DNA of 64,000 nucleotides from Rubrivivax sp. (GTDB lineage Bacteria; Pseudomonadota; Gammaproteobacteria; Burkholderiales; Burkholderiaceae_C): NCBI GenBank assembly GCA_027487585.1, contig JAIYDH010000385.1, positions 43 to 64,042 of the forward strand, read 5' to 3'. Shown piece by piece: positions 56,798 to 64,000 of this stretch (position 1 is its first letter; each line of letters starts with the position of its first letter). The notes under the pieces were generated by a model. It saw only the letters and a program-made list of their open reading frames with translations, ran no database searches and was not told where the DNA came from. The position numbers and the translations under genes were made by a program.

Positions 56798-57571
56798 ATG
56801 AGCATCAGTCCCGACCGCCCTCCCGGCATCCCCGACACCGAATGGAAGCTTCGCTGCGACCTCGCCGCCGCCTACCGGCTGGTGGCGATGTTCGGCTGGG
56901 ACGACCTCGTCTTCACGCACATCAGCGCGCGTGTCGATGATGCGCACGGCGAGCCCACCGGGGCCTTCCTCATCAACCCCTACGGCTTCATGTTCGAGGA
57001 GATCACGGCCTCGAGCCTGGTGAAGGTGAATGCCCACGGCGTGAAGCTCGATGACACGCCGTACGACGTCAACCCGGCCGGCTTCGTCATCCACAGCGCC
57101 GTGCATGCCGCGCGCCATGATGTGGGCTGCGTGCTGCACACGCACACGCTCAACGGCGTGGCGGTGTCGGCGCAGAAGCACGGGGTGCTGCCGATCTCGC
57201 AGCAGTCGATCTTCGTGCTCTCGTCGCTGGGCTACCACGACTACGAGGGCGTGGCGCTGCGCGACGACGAGAAGCCGCGCCTCGTTGCCGACCTCGGACA
57301 GCATACCCACCTGATGCTGCGCAACCACGGGTTGCTCACCGTGGGTCGCACGGTGGCCGATGCATTCTTGGCGATGTACCTGTTCGAGACCGTCTGCAAC
57401 ATCCAGGTGCGGGCGCAGGCCGGCGGCGGCGAACTGGTGACGATCAACCCGGACATCCTCGCCACGGCGCGTCAGCAGGCGGCCGCGGTGACGCGGGGTC
57501 TGGGCGCGCAGTTGACCTGGCCTGGGCTGCTGCGCCGGCTGGAGCGCCGGCATTCAGGCTGGGCCAGTTGA
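56798..57571 (+). CDS. Class II aldolase/adducin-family protein
   Basis: 'DLAAAYRL...THISARV...FLINPYG..FEEITASSL...GFVIHSAVH...VLHTHT...LRNHGLLT'. Confidence 0.93.
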   Translation: MSISPDRPPGIPDTEWKLRCDLAAAYRLVAMFGWDDLVFTHISARVDDAHGEPTGAFLINPYGFMFEEITASSLVKVNAHGVKLDDTPYDVNPAGFVIHSAVHAARHDVGCVLHTHTLNGVAVSAQKHGVLPISQQSIFVLSSLGYHDYEGVALRDDEKPRLVADLGQHTHLMLRNHGLLTVGRTVADAFLAMYLFETVCNIQVRAQAGGGELVTINPDILATARQQAAAVTRGLGAQLTWPGLLRRLERRHSGWAS

Positions 57572-57717
57572 GGCACGGCGCGGCAGGGCTAAACAAGCGC
57601 CTGCTGGCCGCAACAACGGCACGAGAAGCAGGCTCAGCGACCGAGTCCGGGCGAAGTCCGAGACAGTCCTTCTGGTAGAGTGAGCCCGCAGAAAGATACT
57701 GATATAAACCTCACCGC

Positions 57718-59907
57718 ATGCAATTTCGCCGGTCTTCGTTCGCACTGAGCGCAAGCGGCGCCATGGGCACAGCGCTCCTGCTGCTGGGGCAGCTTTGGGC
57801 CGGGCAGGCCACGGCCGCCGGGCTGGGCAGCGGCGATGCCGGGGCCACCCTCGGCCAGCCGCTGAACTTCGGCGTCATGGTGCGCCTCGACGCGGGGGAG
57901 ACCTTGAGCGCCGAGTGCGTGTTTGCTGAGGTGGCGCTGGGTGACCGCCGCCTGCCGCCGTCGCTGGTGCGCACCTCGATCGAAATGACCAGCGCGCAGA
58001 CCGCCCGCGTCCGCGTGAAGACACAGGCCACCGTTGACGAACCTGTGGTCGCTGTGCAGCTGTCGGTTGGCTGTGTCAATCGCATTTCGCGCAGCTATGT
58101 CGTGCTGGCCGATCCGCCCGGCAGCGCAACCGCACCAGCGGCGGCGCCGGTGCCGTTGTTCGCAGTCGATCCTCCGCCGGGGTCCGCCGTGGTCGCACCG
58201 GCCCCAACGGGTGCCGAGGCGGCCCCGCTGGCAGCGCCCACCGCCACCCTGGCGTCGCGCCCACAAGCGGCGCTCACGCCCGAACAGTTGCGTCTCCGCG
58301 ACGAGCGCCGCGCGCGGCAGCGCGAGCAACGGTTGGCGCGGCAGCGGGCCGCTCGCGAGGCCCGCGCTGCACGGACCCAGGGCACCGCTGCCGCCACCAC
58401 CGCGGCGCCGCGCCTGAGGCTCGACTTTTTCGATCCCACGCCGCGGGCGGCTGGCAGCCCGGCCGGCGAATCCGAGGCGGTGGCGCGGGCAATGGCTGCC
58501 GTTGCCGAAGCCGCCAGTGCGGCGCGTGCCGCGGCGTCGGCAGCCTCGGCCTCGGCACAGCGCGTGGCTGCGCTCGAGCAGGAGGTGGCAACGCTGCGCG
58601 GCGAGGCCAAGGCGGGGCAGGAGCTGGTCGCGCTGCTGCGCCAGCGAGTCGTCGACGCCGAGTCCTCCGGCCGCTGGACGACGCCGCTGGTGCTGGCCTC
58701 GCTGCTGCTGGTCGCGCTGGCCGCCTGGCTGGCTCGGCGACTCAGTCGGGTGCAGGCGCTGCAGCGTTCGCAGTGGCAGCAAGAGGCCGCGGGGATGGCC
58801 GCTGCCGGTCCAATGACCTCGGCAACGGCCATGGGGCTGGTAGACAGCGAGGCTCCGCGGGAGCCCACCACGCTGGCGCCCTCCGTGTCGCGCCAGGGTA
58901 CCGCTCGCGAAGCCAGCAGCCCCCTCGTTGCCGGCGCGGTTGCCAACGCCACTGTCCCGTCGCCCACGGTGGCGCTGCCCAAGCCAGCGGCCTCGCGCAG
59001 CCGCGTCAACCCGGCTTGGCCGCCTCCTGCGCCGCCCGTGGCTTGGCCGCTGGCCGCATCGACCTTTCCGCCGGACCTTTCGCCCGAAACCCTTCCCGGC
59101 CTCGGCCCGGACACGCACGCCGGCGACGCTGCCAGCTCGACTTTCCGCCCCGAACCAGAGCCCGAAGCGCCAATGCAGCGCACCGAGCCCTACCCACCGG
59201 GCGGCCGCGTGGCCGATTCGATGCCGCGCGATGTGTCGATCGAGGAACTGCTCGACCTCGAGCAGCAGGCCGAGTTCTTCGTGGTGCTCGGGCAGGACGA
59301 GGCCGCGGTGGACTTGCTCGTCGAGCACCTGCGCAGCACAGGCGGTGGCAGCCCGCTGCCGTACCTGAAGCTGCTCGAGATTCATCACCGCCGGGGCGAC
59401 AACGAGGCCTACGAGCGCATGCGGCAGCGCTTCAACCACCGCTTCAACGCCTATGCGCCCGAGTGGAGCGTGGGCCTGACGAGCGGCCGATCACTCGAAG
59501 ACTACGAGGGCATCGTGCCGCGCCTGCAACAGGTGTGGGCGCGTCCGCTCGACGCGATGGCCGAGCTCGAGGCCTTGCTGTTCAGCAAGAGCCGTGGCGA
59601 GCTCTTTGATTTGCCGGCCTACCGCGAAGTGCTGTTCCTGTATGCGCTGGCTCGCGACCTGCTGGACCGCTCGTCTATGGACACGGGCAGCGTGGACCTG
59701 TTGCTGCCCATGAACGACGGCATCGGCGACGGCGGCGCGGGTGCGGCGCCTTTCCTGGGGTTGGAACACCGCGCCTTCAGGGATACCCTGCCTCCTGAAG
59801 ACACGCGCCCGACGGCGCCGCTGGACTTCGACCAAACAGGCGGTGAGGGCCGCACCAGCATCTTCGACCTGCTCGACGACAAGCCCCGGCCGCCGCGGCA
59901 GCCGTAG
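57718..59907 (+). CDS. FimV-like protein
   Basis: N-terminal 'LGQPLNF', a TM segment, a low-complexity linker and a C-terminal 'LLDLEQQAEFFVVLGQDEAA...PYLKLLEI' domain. Confidence 0.7.
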   Translation: MQFRRSSFALSASGAMGTALLLLGQLWAGQATAAGLGSGDAGATLGQPLNFGVMVRLDAGETLSAECVFAEVALGDRRLPPSLVRTSIEMTSAQTARVRVKTQATVDEPVVAVQLSVGCVNRISRSYVVLADPPGSATAPAAAPVPLFAVDPPPGSAVVAPAPTGAEAAPLAAPTATLASRPQAALTPEQLRLRDERRARQREQRLARQRAAREARAARTQGTAAATTAAPRLRLDFFDPTPRAAGSPAGESEAVARAMAAVAEAASAARAAASAASASAQRVAALEQEVATLRGEAKAGQELVALLRQRVVDAESSGRWTTPLVLASLLLVALAAWLARRLSRVQALQRSQWQQEAAGMAAAGPMTSATAMGLVDSEAPREPTTLAPSVSRQGTAREASSPLVAGAVANATVPSPTVALPKPAASRSRVNPAWPPPAPPVAWPLAASTFPPDLSPETLPGLGPDTHAGDAASSTFRPEPEPEAPMQRTEPYPPGGRVADSMPRDVSIEELLDLEQQAEFFVVLGQDEAAVDLLVEHLRSTGGGSPLPYLKLLEIHHRRGDNEAYERMRQRFNHRFNAYAPEWSVGLTSGRSLEDYEGIVPRLQQVWARPLDAMAELEALLFSKSRGELFDLPAYREVLFLYALARDLLDRSSMDTGSVDLLLPMNDGIGDGGAGAAPFLGLEHRAFRDTLPPEDTRPTAPLDFDQTGGEGRTSIFDLLDDKPRPPRQP

Positions 59908-59922
59908 GCTTGCAGCCCCTCC

Positions 59923-61089
59923 TCAGAGCCGCGCGAGCCGCTCGAGTGCGCGCAGCAGGGTCTCGTCCTTCTTGGCAAAGCACAGGCGCGCCAGCTTCTG
60001 CTCGAAGCCGCCGGCGTAGAAAACCGACAGCGGGATCGCCGCCACGCCCATCTCGGTGGTGAGCCAGCGGCAGAAGGCCTGTTCGTCGAGATCGCTCACC
60101 GCCGAATAGTCGACGAGCTGGAAGTAGCTGCCTTCGCTGGGCAGCAGCTTCAAGCGCGAGGCCGCCAGGCCGGCGCGGAAGAGATCGCGCTTGCGCTGGT
60201 AGAAGGCCGGAAGCCCGCGGTAGGGCGCGGGGTCGGCCAAGTAGCGCGCCAGGCCGTGCTGCACCGGCGTGTTGACCGTGAACACGTTGAACTGGTGCAC
60301 CTTGCGGAACTCCGCCGACAAGGGCGCGGGCGCCGCCACGGTGCCCACCTTCCAGCCGGTGACGTGGAAGGTCTTGCCGAAGCTCGACACCACGAAGGCT
60401 CGCGAGGCCAGCGCCGGCACGCTGCTGGCGCTGATGTGCGGCTGCCCATCGAACACCATGTGCTCGTAGACCTCGTCGCTGATCAGCAGCACCTCGGTCG
60501 GCGCCAGCAGTGAGGCCAGCTGCTGCCACTCGCCCTGCGTCCAGACCGTGGCGCTGGGGTTGTGCGGGCTGTTGACGATGATGAGGCGCGTGCGCGGCGA
60601 CAGGGCTGCCGCGATATGCGCGAAATCAGGCCTGAAGCTGCCGGGAGTCAAGGGCACGCGCACGACGCGGCCGCCGGCGAGCTCGATGTTGGGCGCGTAG
60701 CTGTCGTAGCAGGGCTCGAGCAGGATGACCTCGTCGCCCGGGTGCACGACGGCCAGGATGGCCGTCAGGATGGCCTGCGTCGCGCCGGCCGTGATGGTGA
60801 TCTCGCTGTCGGCGTCGTAGCGGTGGCCGTAGAGCGCCTCGATCTTGTCGGCCACGCGCTGGCGCAGCAGCGGCACGCCCGTCATCGGCGGGTACTGATT
60901 CAGGCCCTCGCGCATGGCGCCCTGCACGGCCTCGAGCAAGGCCGGGTCGCAGTCGAAGTCGGGGAAGCCCTGGCCCAGGTTCACGGCGCCGTGCTGCGTG
61001 GCCAAGGCCGACATGACGGTGAAGATGGTGGTGCCCACCTGCGGCAGGCGGCTGGTCAGGGCGGGGGTGCGGACGGCGAGTGCTTGCAT
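59923..61089 (-). CDS. PLP-dependent aminotransferase (YbdL/methionine aminotransferase-like)
   Basis: 'NLGQGFPDF', 'NQYPP..G', 'NSPHNP', 'SDEVYEH', 'SSFGKTFHVTGWKVG'. Confidence 0.93.
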   Translation of the reverse strand: MQALAVRTPALTSRLPQVGTTIFTVMSALATQHGAVNLGQGFPDFDCDPALLEAVQGAMREGLNQYPPMTGVPLLRQRVADKIEALYGHRYDADSEITITAGATQAILTAILAVVHPGDEVILLEPCYDSYAPNIELAGGRVVRVPLTPGSFRPDFAHIAAALSPRTRLIIVNSPHNPSATVWTQGEWQQLASLLAPTEVLLISDEVYEHMVFDGQPHISASSVPALASRAFVVSSFGKTFHVTGWKVGTVAAPAPLSAEFRKVHQFNVFTVNTPVQHGLARYLADPAPYRGLPAFYQRKRDLFRAGLAASRLKLLPSEGSYFQLVDYSAVSDLDEQAFCRWLTTEMGVAAIPLSVFYAGGFEQKLARLCFAKKDETLLRALERLARL

Positions 61090-61098
61090 GGGAAGGTT

Positions 61099-62043
61099 CT
61101 ACAGGGAGAAGTCGGTGCCGTCGCCCTGCATTGCGCGCTCGATGAGCGCCGGCGACAGCCGTGGCGACAGCATCTCGGCAAACGCGATCACGTAGCGCCG
61201 CAGCCAGGCGCCGCGCTTGAAGGCCACGCGGGTGATGTTGCTGCCGATCAGGTGGCCCAGCGGCCGGGCGACGAGGTCGCTGCCGGCGGGCTCGGCCGCC
61301 ATCGCGCTCTCGGCGACGATGCCGATGCCCAGGCCCAGGCGCACGTAGGTGATGATGACGTCGGAGTCGATGGCCTCCAGGGCCACGCGCGGGCTCAGGT
61401 GGGCGCGCGCGAAGGCCTGGTCGATGCGCGTGCGGCCGGTCACGGTGGGGTGGTACAGCACCAGCGGCTCGGCTGCCAGCTGCTCAAGCGTGGGCCGCTC
61501 CACCGCGGCCAGCGGGTGCGCCGCCGGCACCACGAGCACATGCTGCCACTCGTAGCAGGGCAGCGTCACGAGGCCCTCGTGTGTGGCCAGCGCCTCGGTG
61601 GCGATGCCGATCTCGGCCACGTCGTCGATCAGCATGCGCGCCACCTGCTCGGGCATGCCCTGGTGCAGCTGCACCTGCACCTTGGGAAAGCGCCGCCGCA
61701 GCTCGGCCACCGGGCCGGGCAGGAAGTAGCGCGCCTGCGTGTGCGTGGTCGCAATCGACAGCGTGCCGGCGTCCTGCTTGGAGAATTCCTCGCCGATGCG
61801 CTTGAGGTTGCTCACCTCGCGCAGGATGACGTCGATGGAGCGCAACACCTGCAGCCCCGGCTCAGTGACGCGGCGGATGCGCTTGCCATGGCGTGCAAAG
61901 ATTTCGACGCCGAGCTCCTCTTCGAGCTCGATGATGGCCTTGCTGATGCCGGGCTGCGAGGTGTGCAGCGCCTTGGCGGTTTCGGTGAGGTTGAGGTTGC
62001 GGCGCACCGCTTCCTGCACGAAGCGAAACTGGTGCAGGTTCAT
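61099..62043 (-). CDS. cysB: CysB-family LysR regulator
   Basis: 'MNLHQFRFV.E.VRRNLNLTETAKALHTSQPG.SK.I.ELE.ELG...ATTHTQARY.LP...DSDVI.TYV.LG.G.GI'. Confidence 0.92.
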   Translation of the reverse strand: MNLHQFRFVQEAVRRNLNLTETAKALHTSQPGISKAIIELEEELGVEIFARHGKRIRRVTEPGLQVLRSIDVILREVSNLKRIGEEFSKQDAGTLSIATTHTQARYFLPGPVAELRRRFPKVQVQLHQGMPEQVARMLIDDVAEIGIATEALATHEGLVTLPCYEWQHVLVVPAAHPLAAVERPTLEQLAAEPLVLYHPTVTGRTRIDQAFARAHLSPRVALEAIDSDVIITYVRLGLGIGIVAESAMAAEPAGSDLVARPLGHLIGSNITRVAFKRGAWLRRYVIAFAEMLSPRLSPALIERAMQGDGTDFSL

Positions 62044-62453
62044 CGGGGGGGCTCCGCCGCGGCCTGACTCGCCATCGGTGCGGTCTGGGCGATCTGCGCC
62101 AGCGCCGCCTGCGCCATGGCGGCGACGACGCTGTCGATTTCGCCGATGGCCGGCTGCAACGTCACGCCCAGGCCCGGGTGCGCCTGGCGCAGCGCGTCCA
62201 GCAGCAGCGGCAGGTCCTTGCGCACGTGGCCACCGGCGCCCAGGAACATCGGCAGCACGGTGATGCGGTCGCAGCCGGCAGCGGCCAGTTCGGCGCCGGC
62301 GGCCGGCAGCGTGGGCGTCATGAACTCGAGGAAGGCCAGCCGCACCGGCAGGCCCGGGCGTGCGGCGCGCACGGCCTCGGCCACGGCCTCGAAAGGGGCG
62401 GCCCAGCGCGGATCGCGGGCGCCATGGGCGAAGAGGATGAGGCCAGGGTTCAT
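62040..62453 (-). CDS. CbiX/SirB-family chelatase
   Basis: 'ILFAHGARDPRWA.PF...AFLEFM.P...PMFLGAGGHVRKD'. Confidence 0.9.
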   Translation of the reverse strand: MNPGLILFAHGARDPRWAAPFEAVAEAVRAARPGLPVRLAFLEFMTPTLPAAGAELAAAGCDRITVLPMFLGAGGHVRKDLPLLLDALRQAHPGLGVTLQPAIGEIDSVVAAMAQAALAQIAQTAPMASQAAAEPPR

Positions 62454-62463
62454 GAGCGAGGGG

Positions 62464-63576
62464 TCAGCGGTAGCGCACCAGCCACGTGAACGCGGCCATC
62501 GACAGCAGCAGATAGAGCGCACTTGGTGCCGCGGCCGCTACCCAGGGCGACCAGCCTTGCAGGTTGCCGACGTGGCCCGAGAGATTGTTCAGCAGCACGA
62601 AGCTGATGCCCAGCATGATGCCGCCGAAGACCTTGAGGCTGACGCTGCCGGCCCGCGCGTGCAGGTAGGCAAAGGGCAGAGCCAGTGCCACCATCACCAG
62701 GCAGGACAGCGGATACAGCGCCTTGCGCCAGAAGCCGATGCGGTGGCTCTGGCTGGCCTGCTCCTGGTCGGACAGGTGCTCGCTGTAGCGCCACAGCTCC
62801 AGCGTCGTCATCGTGCCCACCGGCAGCACGGCGGCCGCCACGACGCGGGCGTCGAGCGAGCTCGGCCAGTCCAGCGTGTCGTGGCGGGTGATCTCCACGG
62901 CGGGGTGCGCGCCGTCGCGCGCGGCGGGCCAACGCGTCCGCTCGGCGTCGGTGAGCGTCCAGGTGCGGTCGGCGCCCACGCCCGCCTGCGGCGCGGCGAT
63001 GCGCGAGACGAGCGCGCCGTCGCGGTCGAACTCGAAGATGCGCACCCCGAGCAACGTGCCGCCAGGGCCGGTGCCGGTGACATTGACCGAGAAGCTGCGC
63101 TCGGCGCCGTTGTCGTCGCGGCGTTCCTTCAGCCAGGCGCCGGCCCCGCCGATGGACAGGGCGCCTGCGAAGCGCGCCTTCAGTTGCACGCCTTGCTGCT
63201 CGGCCACTGGCGCCACGTAGTCGCCGATCACGAAGGTGGCCATGCCGAAGGCCAGGCCGAGCACGGCCAGCAGTCGCAGCGCACGGCCCGGCCCCAGGCC
63301 GCCGGTGCGCAGGATGGTGAACTCCGACGACTGGGCCAGCCGGGCCAGCGAGTAGATGGTGCCGATCAGCACCGCGATGGGTGCCAGCTCGTACAGGTGC
63401 CCGGGCAGTTCGAGCAGTGCCGCGAGCGCGGCGTGCCAGGTGGTGCGCCCGCGCTGGCCCACGCCTTCGAGCTCATCGACGAAGTCGACGAAGTAGAACA
63501 GCGACAGGAAGGCCAGCGCGACGAAGAAGACCGATGCCGCGATGTCGCGGTAGAGCAGCGCACGGACGGTCTTCAT
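62464..63576 (-). CDS. lptG: LPS export ABC transporter permease LptG
   Basis: 'LAQSSEFTILRTGG', 'FWRKALYP', 'LPFAYLHARAG.VS.KVF.GIMLG..F'. Confidence 0.92.
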   Translation of the reverse strand: MKTVRALLYRDIAASVFFVALAFLSLFYFVDFVDELEGVGQRGRTTWHAALAALLELPGHLYELAPIAVLIGTIYSLARLAQSSEFTILRTGGLGPGRALRLLAVLGLAFGMATFVIGDYVAPVAEQQGVQLKARFAGALSIGGAGAWLKERRDDNGAERSFSVNVTGTGPGGTLLGVRIFEFDRDGALVSRIAAPQAGVGADRTWTLTDAERTRWPAARDGAHPAVEITRHDTLDWPSSLDARVVAAAVLPVGTMTTLELWRYSEHLSDQEQASQSHRIGFWRKALYPLSCLVMVALALPFAYLHARAGSVSLKVFGGIMLGISFVLLNNLSGHVGNLQGWSPWVAAAAPSALYLLLSMAAFTWLVRYR

Positions 63577-63595
63577 CTGAGAGCGGATTCGAGTC

Positions 63596-64000
63596 TCATG
63601 CGCTGCGTCGCCGCGTCGGGATCGGCCAGTGCGTCACGGCGGCGTGATCGCGCCACCACAGCAGCAGCAAGGCCAGGCAGAACACACCGCCGTGCAGGGC
63701 CACCAGCGCTGCGCCCAGGCCGAGCCGGCCGCTCGCCACCCAGGCCTGGGTCAGGTTGATGAGGTTGTAGTACACGACGAAGGCCAGCAAAGCGAATAGC
63801 AGGTTCCAGTTGCTCGCGCGCCTGGGCTGCGAGGCGGCGAGCGCGATGCCCAGCAGCAGCAGATTGGCGGCACCCAGCACCAGGCCGACGCGCCAGGCCA
63901 GCTCGCCCTGGTGGCGCGCCGTCGGGTTGGCCAGCAGGTCGGCGGTGCTCATGGTGCGTGGCGCGCGGCTGTCGCTGGCGCGCGCCGCACGCTCGCCGGC
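63596..64000 (-). CDS. lptF: LPS export ABC transporter permease LptF (3' part; runs off the window)
   Basis: 'ELAWRVGL...NLLLL.I.L...PR...NL..ALL.F..YYN'; directly upstream of lptG. Confidence 0.8.
   Translation of the reverse strand, partial: AGERAARASDSRAPRTMSTADLLANPTARHQGELAWRVGLVLGAANLLLLGIALAASQPRRASNWNLLFALLAFVVYYNLINLTQAWVASGRLGLGAALVALHGGVFCLALLLLWWRDHAAVTHWPIPTRRRSA

Noticed and set aside
21-64000. Many long overlapping ORFs in the six-frame track (e.g. 21-1595 +, 1681-2490 +, 17217-18287 +, 30480-31730 +, 50255-51982 +, 57634-59439 -)
   Set aside because: They are antisense or frame-shifted shadows of recognisable genes, expected at about 70% GC; Arg/Ala/Gly/Pro-rich with no motifs.

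Overview
GC-rich betaproteobacterial chromosome, Burkholderiales-like by gene style (inference). Housekeeping genes occupy about 1-10 kb (ComFB-family, nadA, AraC, MFS, ThDP enzyme, EamA, Lrp, RraA) and about 49-64 kb (UvrD-like helicase, tRNA-Arg, GST, acyl-CoA dehydrogenase, phosphotransferase, Crp/Fnr, aldolase, FimV-like, aminotransferase, cysB, CbiX, lptG/lptF). Between them is an approximately 39-kb genomic island. It starts at tRNA-Pro(TGG) (10059-10135) and ends at a 44/48-nt copy of that tRNA's 3' end (48965-49012); no integrase is recognisable. The island carries an apparently intact, minus-strand extracellular contractile injection system (eCIS, Afp/PVC-like): cap, putative cap adaptor, one sheath, two tubes, plug, LysM/Afp7, VgrG, PAAR, gp25, two baseplate proteins, fibre, tape measure and AAA+ ATPase. 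It continues into an 885-aa membrane-anchored Ig/GH18-like protein and a stand-alone DUF4157 protein. A sensor-less His kinase and a NarL-type regulator lie directly upstream. The strongest novel signal is that four unrelated orphan proteins on both sides of the operon, plus the DUF4157 protein, share an ungapped 16-residue N-terminal motif, [SGN][PQ]RxxAQ[RL]xx[ILM]xxx[FY]G. This is a candidate cargo-loading leader in front of different predicted toxin domains (papain-like, DarT-like ART, DUF3990-like ART plus a second domain, and unknown). Family names come from motif recognition without database searches. Many start codons were chosen by eye and differ from the ORF track.
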